DNA of 64,000 bases from Psilocybe cubensis (Eukaryota): positions 372,001 to 436,000 of the forward strand of contig CM039001.1 in assembly GCA_017499595.2 (NCBI GenBank). Reading direction: 5' to 3'. This document shows positions 13,834 through 25,377 of the stretch, piece by piece. Below the pieces are notes generated by a model, which was given only the letters and a program-made list of their open reading frames with translations, searched no databases and was not told the DNA's origin. Numbering within the stretch: the stretch's first letter is position 1; the number at the start of each line of letters is the position of its first letter. The position numbers and the translations under genes are program-made.

Positions 13834-16800
13834 TTATGCTCCTATTCTGACTCGCAAATACATTTCAGAGACCCGCCTGGCATCCTCTGGACTTATGACA
13901 TCTGGCTCGCCTGAAAGTCCAAGCCACTTAGTGGGAGTGTATTCAAAAGGGGCCGGAGCATCAGGCAAGCAAGTGACATCCTGCTTTACCCCATAATCAT
14001 CGAAAGTGTAAGACCCCCCAGGCGCTTTGGGTGGATGCAGCAGGATTGCGTTCTTCATTTCCATTGATACATCGGCATCAAAGTAGTTCAAAGGTGTCAA
14101 CAAAAAGCTAATGAATAATTTATGCTTCAGAACGCGCGCTGCATTGTTGGGTTTAACCAAGAGGAACCATAACACACCTCGAAGTTGCCAGGTTGGTTTT
14201 CGTGTTCGGCGAATCTTCAGCTTGTGGCTATAATATTGAAGCAATATAAAAACGTTTTACGGCAAAGAAATGACATAACGACTCACGAGATGATGCATCC
14301 CCAGGTTAATCCAAGCCACCAGGTCCTGCTGTGTGATATTTTCCCCATTAAAGAATTTGTGGAAATCGACCATTGGAGCACCGGGAAGGTGAAGGTTCCA
14401 CATGCTGCTAGAGCTCGGCTCTGTCTCCTTCCGCAGCGACACTGCGAGGTTATACCGTGCCCAATTGGCATTGTTAAGAAGACGTTTGGAGCCGACGACA
14501 GTCTATAAGCCAAGATAATTAACATCTGTTAACGGGACAACTGCTCCATAAGAGCTGTAAAGCTACTGCGTACGTTGTGAATTGGCGAGTAGCCTGGGTG
14601 TATTGCATATCCTTTGGGAAGACCCCAGGTGTTTCGGACGTCCTGATTCACTATAGCGTACCCTCCCTGGAAGTTCGTTGGATATTTTAACAGTGCGTCG
14701 TCTTCATTTGCAATATATTCTTTGTTGATTCTTTGCTGTATCGCCTGTTTGCCCCAGTCATCGTCCAACCAGGGATGTGTAACTTCTTCTTGCTTCGTTG
14801 TAGTCTTGAGCAAAGAGTTCTCTGTCCCGGCGATGTCAAAATCGACTCTGGAGACATGCACAGCATAAGCCAAACGAAAAACACGGTTTGAAGAGATTAG
14901 CGAAACTTATAATTGATGACATGGTCGTGTAGGTTTCCCACTAAATTAACATTCATATCAACTATGTGAGATGGGTATAGTAGTATAGCACTTACTTGAT
15001 GTATGGCGGATTCTACCTCCATATCCTTCTTGGATTTTTGAAGTATAGTAACCCCCTTGCATATATCCTGATGCTGATAAGCGAACTTCAATGGTACCAT
15101 CAAGATAGAAGGAATAGTCAAACTGAAGGAAGTTGTGAACACACCATTACGAAACATTTTTACAATAGGATAACTTACCACTAGCAAGAGACAGACAGAA
15201 AAAAGATTGGTTAATGAAGGGTGAAACTCATTAAATAAGATAGCGTACGGTAATCGTAACTGGGAAAATAATTCAGAACAATAAAGCTTGTACAGAGGAT
15301 CGCACATACTTTCCAACAGTAGTAACTGTCCGGATGGTGAGAACATACGACTTGACGGCACCAAATTCTCCTTCCAAGAAACCGGTATGTCTAGACAGCG
15401 GTCTCCCAGTATCTTGTTCGAAAATGCAAATAGCTCGCTGGACTTGCACGTTCCCTTGTGGAGTGAATGTTATGGCTGGGAGGTATACCGATTCTTGTGG
15501 GCAGTCGTAATGCGGTATCATATCCCGTACCATGGTCCCCATGCCAAAGTGACGATCAAGCCAGGCAGTTGATGTTTGCAATGGATCATTTCCACCTATC
15601 CAAAATCCATAAGGTAATTGTACTGAGCATGGTATGTCAAGTATGTACCATATTGTGCAATTGCTTCTTGAGGTTGTAGCTAAACTCACGGATTAGCACT
15701 AAGCTTTAATTTCAAATCACACGAACCTGGTAGATGATTCTTTGACCGCGGAATCGAATGTCCCATAGATTTAACCCCATATCACGGTCGAATCCTAAGT
15801 ACATTCCCCATCCCAGCCAACTGACATATTGCTGTTCACGATCAATCCTGTAACGCAGTCCTGAAAATGATACCGAACGAGGTCCAGGAAGTTCGTCAAG
15901 ATCGCGGTCTTGTCCCACCCTCTTTCTCTGGGTCCAGGAAAAATCCAAGTCAGGCGCTTTCTGTTCCGGATGACGAACCAAAGTGCCGTTGTTATATGCT
16001 TCTAGGAAAGACTCAACAGTCGGAAATATTTGATCATGATACATAAGCTGTGTAAATGGGATCGTTGGTAACGAAATTGGGTTAGAAATAAATTAATAAC
16101 CTTGAGAATCTTCCACTGTGAGGGGTCTGTCCCTGATATGTCGATGTAATTGTAAAAATTGACGGGTAAAAGGTATGATCCTGCTGTATTTCTTCTCCAG
16201 GTTGTCCATAGACGCCTAAAGCTACCGTCGAAACTAAATGGGCCACTCATTCCAGCTATGAGGGTGTCATTGTCAAATCCCCTAATAGTCCCCCCAAACA
16301 AATCCTTTAGGTGGTATGACGAGTTAACGATTGCCATCATATGGATAAAAATTTACCTACTTCCATTGCGGGGATAAGAGGTTTCACTGCGCGTGCCATA
16401 AATGATGGAATGCTAGTCCAGTTAGTCAGTGCATAAGCATTAAACGGTATGTCTTCACGGTGGTATATTTCCGTAAGTCGACGAATTTTCGTGGCTGAGC
16501 CGATAGGAAGCGGACCGACCAGGTAGTCCTTGATTTCAGGTATTTTCAGTCCTCCGTGTTGTATTGTAACTCTTGCGTATCTGTCTGGCCGTGGAACCTG
16601 GTGAGGATCGTTAAGAAAAGCAAGCGCTTCTTTCTTTGGCGGATAGTAGGCTTCAATCAAATAAATGACATTATCAGAAAGGGCCGAATTCTTATTTTGC
16701 GTCAAGTTCAGGCGTCGCTCCGGGGCTCTAACCCATGCGTCGATTTCCGCGAGTTCTGGAATTGTCAACGATGCCCAGAGATTGACAGTGGCAGGTGGGG

Positions 16801-17074
16801 AGGCCTGTTGGTAAGTCGATGAAGGGCATCGTCCTGAACTTGCATTTTCGACCAAAGGCATATTGGGTCCGGTGCTACTGTGTCCACTATTTCCAAAGAA
16901 AGTATCCTGCTTAAGGATTCCATTGATATCGATGGCCGGTCGGATGATAGCCACTATGAGCAATACATTGAGTGTAAGAGAGATGATGAGGAGCAAGTAA
17001 CCCCTGGTCGCGTATCTTCCATGGCCAAAGCTAGTTGGAGAGGCTATATTGACTGGTTTAGATGAATGTGACAT
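13834..17074 (-). CDS. Copper-containing amine oxidase with N-terminal transmembrane anchor (AOC2/3-like)
   Basis: N-terminal hydrophobic helix (YLLLIISLTLNVLLIVAII). The TPQ motif TVGN-YDY-LFDY is rebuilt across microexons at 15249-15259 and 15179-15180. Copper ligand motifs LHDHVINYK and QDLVAWINLGMHHLPQAED are present. Confidence 0.93.
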
Positions 17075-17613
17075 GGTGGATATCGATAGAGGATTGGAGA
17101 GGACCTGAGATAGGCTTATCAGACATTCAATGTGTTTTGCATGAGTCCCCTTCGTAAGTCCGAGATCTTTTTAAAACCTTGAGAAAACTGACTCATAATT
17201 CAGCTAAATAAAATTCCTGAGAATTTATCACAGCCGAGGCAATCGTATCGAGCTTTGCATCATGAAAGCATAATCGGTCACTCCGGCGGCGCCCCTCCCA
17301 AGATTGCTTCAACTTGAAGTTGAAGGTTTTCGTTGGTAATTAACTTCGGTAAGGCGGCATCAGTGTTGCTACATGTATAACTAGTGACAAGCGAGACATA
17401 GAGTTCAAAGCCCTAGAGGTTCTGATGTTGTTTAAGAGGACCAGTAGGTCAAGATAAGACCAATGAATAGTTCGTGTACACGGTGAACAAGAAACAAGCC
17501 TTCCACTCGATGTTGATGGTGCCGCGCTTATGTAAACGGCATTAACCCACGCCCGTGCAATTCGTCTCGTCACAGTCTGAACACCACTGTCGACTTCCGT
17601 CTAACTTGAAAAT

Positions 17614-18625
17614 ATGGATGCAGAAGATACTCAAACGTCTGGACATCCATCTGTCTCTAGAGAAAAGGTATATGCTAATTGTGTGTGACCCAGAATAAAG
17701 CTGAACTTGGTATTTACAGACAGCGCCGTTTCTCATTCGAACATTCGTCAAGATCGGGAGCTTCCACCGCAATACGCTCTTCGAAGATGGAAGTCTACCA
17801 ACTACAGACGAACAGCAGATATTTACCTGGTGAGTTACTCGTCAATCCTCCAAGTTAAATCGATTAATTGCTTGCAGGAAAGACGCGACTTTGCGAGAAG
17901 TTTTGACTACGTTACGCAATACAGCACCTCATGTTGCAGAGTACAAGCACCCACTTGCCCGGTTCTCCTTCAGGACTGTTTTCCCTGACCCCAACAACAA
18001 AGGCAGGTTCACATCGAAAGATATCGGCATGGTTTACTCTCGTGATATCCTCGGAGAACCAGGCACCTTAACGAGCACTGCACCAAGGTTGCTGCAAGAC
18101 ACGGAGCCCCCAGCGCGTGGACACGGCGAACGCGAACGAGAGGAAAGAACTTTGGATGAACTGAGGTTCTATCCAGGCGACTATCTGCTCATAGCGGTGC
18201 TCCTTCCCAAAAATGTCAACCTACCCTCAGAAACTTCAATCAAGGGCTCTGGTGCCGGCGCGCCAGTGAGCCCGACAACAGGTTGGAGAGCAGGTGGTCC
18301 AGCGGCGAAGTCAGATGCAGGATGGGGAAGAGCTGTGGGGACTGGGCCTGGATTAGGACGAGGCGGTGGTCATTGGCGTGGAGACTCTAATGCTCCGGGC
18401 CCAGCTGTACGAGGGGGACGGGGCGGTGGCAGGGGTGGTGACTCAGGGCGAGATAGAGACCTTGACAGGTCAGATACACGCGTTCCTCCTCCTCGAAGGC
18501 ACGATTCGCCTCCTCGAGGCGGAGGTTGGGGTGACCGTGATAGAGGCGGTCGTGGGGGCCGCGGCGGAAACCGGCGCTCTCCATCTCGTTCAAGAAGCCC
18601 ACCCAGGAGAAGACGATATGATTGA
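17614..18625 (+). CDS. SAP18: Sin3-associated polypeptide SAP18 with RGG/RS-rich C-terminal tail
   Basis: Three exons: MDAEDTQ...SREK/TAPFLIRTFVKIGSFH...QIFTW/KDATLREV...ERTLDELRFYPGDYLLIAV. These match the SAP18 motifs (REKT.PFL, YTW.DATLREL, TL...RF..GDY). Confidence 0.9.
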
Positions 18626-18950
18626 TGTATTCCATCCTTCTATGCATTGCAATTCACTTATAATCATGTCTTCTGTACAGGCATATCGATTTACCATTTT
18701 TTGTTCCTTGCTTGGCTCTGTCACTTATGTCCGCTGCAATTGAATGCAATGACTAGATTCTACGACATTGAATTCTGTATGCCATTGGGATGCACTCCGT
18801 TCCGCCCCAATTCCGGAAATAGGCTGTGTAGTGTGCAATGATGGGAATGCCCGTACTTCACTAATTATATGACACATACTAGGACAGGGCCGGCGCCTCC
18901 AATTATCAGAGCACTCGCCGCAGCCATTCTTCTCTATCCATGTCCCCATC

Positions 18951-21900
18951 ATGGTGGAGATGCTTTCCAGGAATACGATGATTGAGGGCGATTCTCAAAG
19001 TTCTCAATACACGACTACGACCGACAGTACTATCCCTGGACCAGGTGCATTGGGAGGCAAAGCAATAAAGGCCCTGGGCAAGTTAACGATACGAGGTATC
19101 GATCGGGTGATTATCAATGCGCGCCTACGATCGATCACTTCGAAGTTCCCTCATAGCAATGAGCAAGCACTTGGAATCAAAGGTATTAGGGAGATGTACA
19201 ACGTTATTCTAGAGCTTTGCAGGTGAATATTATTTACATCTACATATTGATCTATACCTTACTGTACTCTTTTCTTAGGTCGGGCATGTATAACGACGAA
19301 TTAAGAGCGAAAGCACTTCAACTCCTCGTCGTTCAAATCAAACAAGGACAAGTACAACTCCTTGTAGAAGCTTTGGCAAGATGGCACCTTATTGAATTGG
19401 AACTTCTTCTGCCTGAAATTGTGGACATTATAATACCTTACCGGTACGCACATTCAATATCTTCACCCCTTGATAGAGAGAGACTCATACAAAGTGTACT
19501 AGGCGACAACCTTGGGGCCGAAACAGGCTCGCTCCAGAAATCCGCGATCATGTCCTCTGTGATCTTACGATCGTTAGACATCCTTCAAAAACTCAGCTAC
19601 GACTGCAAAAAGTTATCGACGAGGCCAAAGATCAAGACCAAGCACTTCGTACTGCTTACAGCCAATACTTCGACCCCGTGTTATCCTTTTTATCGCAAGT
19701 TGCAGCAATCAACACCAATACATGCAAAACGGTCCTTCAAGCTGGATTTTTGGATCTCCTGTTGTTGGTACAAAAAGGCAAGCTAGAGTATGAAAAGACT
19801 TCCGAAATATGCAAAGTTTTCCTGAGGCAAGTAGTCTGATTTGATTTTTTTTGTTTGAAGTTTTAAGAAAGTTAGAAAATTGACACCTTGTCAACAGTCA
19901 ACCCAAACTCGTTACACCTGCAGTAGAAGAAAAGATCTTAAATGTGGTCCTGAACGAGATACTCAATGGCCGAATTAATCACGTCATTGAAGCATTATCA
20001 AAGTGGAATATCGGTGACTTGAAGTCTTTGGTCATGCAACTGCAAGCAAATACTCCAATGTAAGGAAACGTTTATCAAACACAGTACAGCCACCGAGTTC
20101 CTGACACGTTTCTTTTAGAAGCCGTGTTCTGCTTCGACACATTGGACAACCTTCTCCACTCGAACAAAACATCACCTTTTTGTTCCGAATCGTTGAGTTG
20201 GGGAAACCTCACCTTCATATTGTTCTCGATGCCGGGTTTTTGGACATGATACCCACGGCACATGAAAACAAACTGAGAATCAATGATAACAGGTTAATCT
20301 CAATCATTTTCGAAGTACTGAAGTACGTGTATGCCTGTTTATGTTGTCGCCAAACTGATGTCGCCTTCTAGATCTAACTCTGGGTTGAAAGACCATCGAC
20401 CCAAAGCACTCGATATACTCATTCGCTACATAATCGAGCGTAAAACGACTCACATCCTTTCCATGCTATCCAGATGGGGCCACAAAGATCGCGAAGATGT
20501 GATCGTCGCCGTTTTTCAACGCGCCGGACCAGTGGGCTTTGGAACAGAAGGGCCATTTGGCCCAAGGAAACAGGTCTTTCACAGTCGAGATGGGTTGTAC
20601 CATTTTGACCAGGACAAAGTAATTTCTGTCATGATATTCGCTGGAGAAGTGGCTAGTCTGAGTGATGGCGCCTTTCATGCTGTCGTCAACGCAGGGATGC
20701 TTGACGCCCTTTTAGTCATACAATCGCACGACCTATCAGTTCATAGGCTTGATGAACCATACAATATCATTTTGGGAGTATTGAGGTACGCCATACGTTT
20801 CACAATGTTCATCATCGCCTACACGTTTGCTCAAGCCAACAGCAGATTAGGAGTCTTTGGAAATAAAATCCGCAAAAAAGCAATTGACCTGCTTGTTTTC
20901 CAAGTGTGTCGAGGCGAAGCTCGATACATGCTAAAGATCATGTCCAAGTGGAAACTCGACGAGCTAAACCGCTTGATTTGGGAGATTTCCGCGCAATTCC
21001 CCCCACTGAGGTATGGATGTTGTCCATGGAAATGTTTCGGTCAAGGCATTTTAACTGATATACATACAGCAATCGCCGTGCGCTGGAGGACCTTTTTTCC
21101 CGACCCCCTGAAACTCAATCACTTTCTACTCTGTATCTGCAGCGATTACTTTCCTTCTTGTCTGGGATTGCACAAATTAGCGAAGCCGCAAGTCAAGTCG
21201 TTTTCCAGACAGGGTTCATGGACCTGTTACTTGCCCTGCAAAAAGATAAAAGTGGCCAGAACGATTTTGAAGAGTTGGATGATCTGATTCTGAGCATTTT
21301 GCAGTACGTTTCGTAGCTTACGGCTTGTTACTTAGGTAAATTGACCTTTTCCTTTCAAAATCTTTCTAGGAAACCTCAATTATACGAAGATAAAACTAAG
21401 AAAAAAGCGATGGCCTATATATCTCTGCAGACTGAAAAAGAAGCAACGCATATGTATAAGGTTATTGGGAAGCGTAGCATATCAGAGCTGGAACTCATCA
21501 TAGCTGGGATGCTGGAACACTTCAATCTTGGAGGGTATGTTTTGTTTACAAAATCAGCAAAGCTCTGTTGTATTCTAATATGTATCTAGACGCCTTGCCT
21601 TGAACTCGTCTGCTCTTAGGGACCCTGCAATCGACCCAAAACATTTGGCGTCGCTCAACGCCTGCGTGATGATCTTTTCTAAAGTAATTCTAAAACATCG
21701 GTTTGCATTTCAGGCTCTCATCAACGCGGGCATCTTGGATCTCTTGCTTGCCATCCAATCTCGACAATGCAGCATAGATGGCATCAAACACATATATGAT
21801 ATCATACTCACCTCGGTGTATATGGAGAGCGTCAGCGACAAAGCTTTAAAAATTATCTCTTACCAGGTTATGAACCAGTCAACTTGTTTGCTGGAAACGC

Positions 21901-23056
21901 TGCAGCAATATGCGGACCAGGAGTTCCAAATCATAGCCCCTGTAGTGCTACAGGGCTTGAAGTACGTTTCTGACGATTTCTGAACACTGCTTACGTTTCT
22001 CATCGATATTTTGGCAGGAATGCACTTTCCGTGCATGAAGGACATATCACACCCTGTCCAGGACCGAACAAGAAATCGTTAACGAATTGCATCGTGTTCC
22101 TTCACAGACTTTCCACCATCAACACCGCCACATTTAACCATCTTCTGAACGCTGGGTTGGTCGATCTATTCCTCAAGATTGATCGGGTAGGAATACCTGT
22201 GGCCGCTCTCAATGACTTGTACTCCATGCTGCTTGAATATGCAAGGTACGAACCATTCTCTTTGGCAGTAGCTTGACCGGATACCAATTACTGTTTCACT
22301 AGGCCGAATGCATACGATCCTGATATCACCGCTCGTGTCCTCGATTATGTGAAGATCAGAGTAGAAACTGATAGATCGCACTTCTTCATGAGAGCGCTTG
22401 AAAGATTGGACCCCCCGATTCAGAACAACATCATAAAAGATCTAGTATATCGCTCTCGGGCGCTCTGGTGCGCCACCACAGGTTAAGATTAGTCTATAGA
22501 GTTTGCTAATTCATCTAACAGGTCGGGATGCCCTCCATCTTCACTCGGAAAAAAGAAATTAGGGGATATGTGGATCTCCTTTGTCCACTCAATTTCTGCG
22601 ATCTGTCGTCTAAGCTCATCAGCATGCCAAATCGTCCTTGAACAGGACATTCTCGATGCGCTCTACTTTATTTCCGAAAACGTAGAGCAGATGCCAGTAA
22701 CAAACCAGGTCGGTGTAGACAAAGTGGTCGTTCGTCGAGTCATCGATACTTTTCTTCTTGACGTCATCGCATATCCTGAGCACCGTGACACAGTTTTCCA
22801 CCATCCCGTTTATCCCCCATTACCAGAACCCAAGCGACCAGAAGCCAAAACGGTGTGCACAATACCCTCGGTCGAATGGGTGTCACAAATCGACATCGTC
22901 CTCATGTTTACAACCATCAAGACGAGTCAACAGTTCCAATACCTGTATTTCACATTACTGCCATGTGCGACAGTATGTTGGTCAATAATTTGGGTTTTTC
23001 TACTCGTAATGGAGCAAGGATCTTCCAGCAAAATAGTTGGCGTGGAATTAAATTGA
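18951..23056 (+). CDS. Uncharacterised alpha-helical tandem-repeat protein (13 exons, roughly 1100 aa, ~7 repeats)
   Basis: One continuous reading frame can be rebuilt through 12 introns. The N-terminus carries a TIPGPGALGGKAIKALG motif, followed by recurring KA(L/I)..L...I....(W) and AG(F/M/I/L)LD(L)LL blocks. The exact C-terminus is uncertain. Confidence 0.75.
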
Positions 23057-23189
23057 TCTTTTACAATATTTTGTATTCATCGTTCGTACGGCGTACAGGG
23101 ACAATGTTACATAATTTTTAGTCAGATGCGAGCACTGCAGAAGTTCGTCAGTAACAAGATCCAAGAGTCACTTAGAAAAAGTAAAAAGA

Positions 23190-23276
23190 AAGTTCAGACA
23201 AAAAATATAATGATTCCGGATAGACGTGATTCCTCATGAATATCAGTTGAGGGAGTCTGTATTGTCATCACAGATG
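23190..23276 (-). ncRNA. Intronic box C/D snoRNA, SNORD100 (HBII-429)/plant snoR30-like, predicted 18S rRNA 2'-O-methylation guide
   Basis: On the - strand: box C GTGATGA (23271-23265), guide CAGACTCCCTCAA, D' CTGA (23246-23243), C'-like ATGAGGA (23237-23231) and D CTGA (23197-23194). It lies inside the intron 23316-23135 (GTTAGT...TACTGAC...CTGCAG). The guide is complementary to the conserved 18S segment GAGGGAGCCTG with one mismatch. Confidence 0.8.
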
Positions 23277-23317
23277 GCGATGGTAGAAAGGGGATAAAGA
23301 GGACTATTACACTAACC

Positions 23318-23815
23318 TTAGCGGTTCTTGAAGTAGTCGAGGAGAACGTGGAGGCCCTCAGACTCAACACCGTACTCCTTAACGACAACACAGCTGCATC
23401 CGACGACCTTTCTTGGGTTGCCTTCACGGTCAATCTTGCAGAGACCAGCCCAGGTACCGAGGACTTTAGCATCTCCGACCTTGATGAGGTTGATCTTGTG
23501 CTCAGCGCAGAGAGCCTCAATGAGCTTGATGTACTCGGCTTCGGTGCAAGTCTCAACGAGCACGCAGAGATGGGCCTGGCGCTTGTCAAGAGCTTTAGCG
23601 CACTCGCGGAGGCCACGAGCGAGACCGTCGTGGACGAGAGCGTTCTTCAGAACTTGCTGCAGATGAAAGGCGTGAGACATCTCAAGACAGACGGTCTACA
23701 CAAGATAACCTACTTGAAGGGCATCCTCAACAGAAAGTTTGCCTTTGGGGGCCTCGGTGGAAACCTCGACCTCAGCGGCGACCTCGACAGGAATGTCATC
23801 TCCAGCGTCAGACAT
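23318..23815 (-). CDS. RPS12: 40S ribosomal protein S12 (eS12)
   Basis: [12 protein letters not shown]...[32 protein letters not shown]...[22 protein letters not shown]...FKNR*. There is one coding intron, a probable 5' UTR intron and a 3' UTR intron. Confidence 0.98.
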
Positions 23816-24086
23816 CCTATTAAAACCAGGTCAGATCCTAGTCATTCTGAATATTCCTGCGCACCAACTTTTGTTGTTATAAATGCTTTAAAGGTTTACA
23901 AGAAGTTGTGGATGTCTTCGTCCGCTTTCGTTGATGTGAGGAAAAAATAAGGTTTCTGTGGGCGGGTTATACTAAAAGGTTTCAATCTCAGTTCGGAATT
24001 TGCCGACGTTCCTCTCTCTTCTCTGCTCACCGTCTCAGACGACCCCGACGCGTATATCAACTTTGACGCGCCTTGTAAAATAAAAT

Positions 24087-25377
24087 ATGGTAAATAAGCT
24101 TGACTATAATTTCTACGAAGCTTATTCTATGTAGAGTTTAGCATTTCTCCACGCGCATGACTGCACAGAACGTATTATACCCCATATTGCTCGAATCATC
24201 AACGATCGATAGGCTTATACGCATCTCTAGCCCATTCTGACGCTGTTTGGGGGGTTGCATGGACTGCTAATGATACAGCTATCTCCGTCTCTGCCGATGG
24301 CTCCGTGAAGCAGTGGTCATCAGCTGTTGGACAACCCCATCCTCCCAATGCATCATTCCCTCCACCGCATACACTGGCTCAAGTTTCTTTATCGGTTTCC
24401 AGAGATGGAAGAAGGGCCCTCTATAACAGTATAGAGGGTTTGACTAGCCTGTGGAATCTAGAAAATGGGGAAGTAGTAGGGACATTTGAGAGTTTTACCA
24501 GAGTGAATGAGGATTCTGAACCATGTACGTCGCATGTATTCATCATACAGTCTAATTATTGTCTCACCAAGTCCTCAGCTTGGTCAGTTTCCCTTCATCC
24601 CAGCAGTGACACGTATGCTTCTACTGGAGGATCCGGCAATGTTCACATTCACTCAGCTAAACCCGAGAACTTTGGGCAACGCATCTCAACTCTATCGTCT
24701 GGAAGGAACAAATTTGGAATGTTCTGCGCTTATGTATATCTTTAATTCGGTTTTTATTGACTTTGTATTGACACATTTCAGAGTCCAGATGGTCAACGCG
24801 TTGCCATGTCCTCTGAATCAGGACAAATCTACATTTTCGACGTTGAATCTGGCAATTTATCGTTTACATTCACTTCTCATGCAATGTCCGTTCGCTCCTT
24901 AGCTTGGTCTCCCGACTCCAACGTGTGTTGTTATCTCTATGCTTCTCTTAAATTCTGACAACCGTGGCGATGTAGCTCCTCCTGAGTGCTTCTGAGGATA
25001 AGCGTCTCCTTTTGCACGATGTTCGCACTGCGCCTGGAGGAGCAGTGGCCTCCTTTTCGGGACATTCATCATGGGTTCTCAGCACTGATATTTCTCCTGA
25101 CGGCCGTCTAGGACTATCTGGGTAGCTAATAATCAATGCTATTGTTTCGATTGACTTCTAATTTCTATTCTTATTCTGTAGATCCGCAGATAAAACTATT
25201 AAGGTTTGGGATATTGGCGCACGGGCAGCGGTCTCAACAATCCAAGACACTGGGGAAGTTTGGTCTGTGTCATGGCGCCCAAAACCTGCAGCTGTTGGTA
25301 GCCCAGGAGCGTTCGTCAGTGGAGGGGAGGACGGCGTGGTGAGATGGTGGCGAGGAGCTGGATCTTCCACATCATGA
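24087..25377 (+). CDS. SKI8: WD40 repeat protein Ski8/Rec14 (WDR61-like)
   Basis: The first exon is ATG only. Then SLAFLHAH...PHSDAVWGVAW...SADGSVKQW, HAMSVRSLAWSPDS, GHSSWVLSTDISPDG, SADKTIKVWD, ending VVRWWRGAGSSTS*. The H.D.VW start, HAMxVRSL and GHSSWVL motifs fit the WDR61/Rec14 family. Confidence 0.8.

Noticed and set aside
11500-17074. Sugar porter plus amine oxidase as a metabolic or secondary-metabolite cluster
   Set aside because: They are convergent neighbours with no shared pathway logic, and there is no PKS, NRPS or terpene synthase nearby.
23817-23950. Additional snoRNA in the RPS12 5' UTR intron
   Set aside because: The intron is short and there is no clear box C or H/ACA arrangement.
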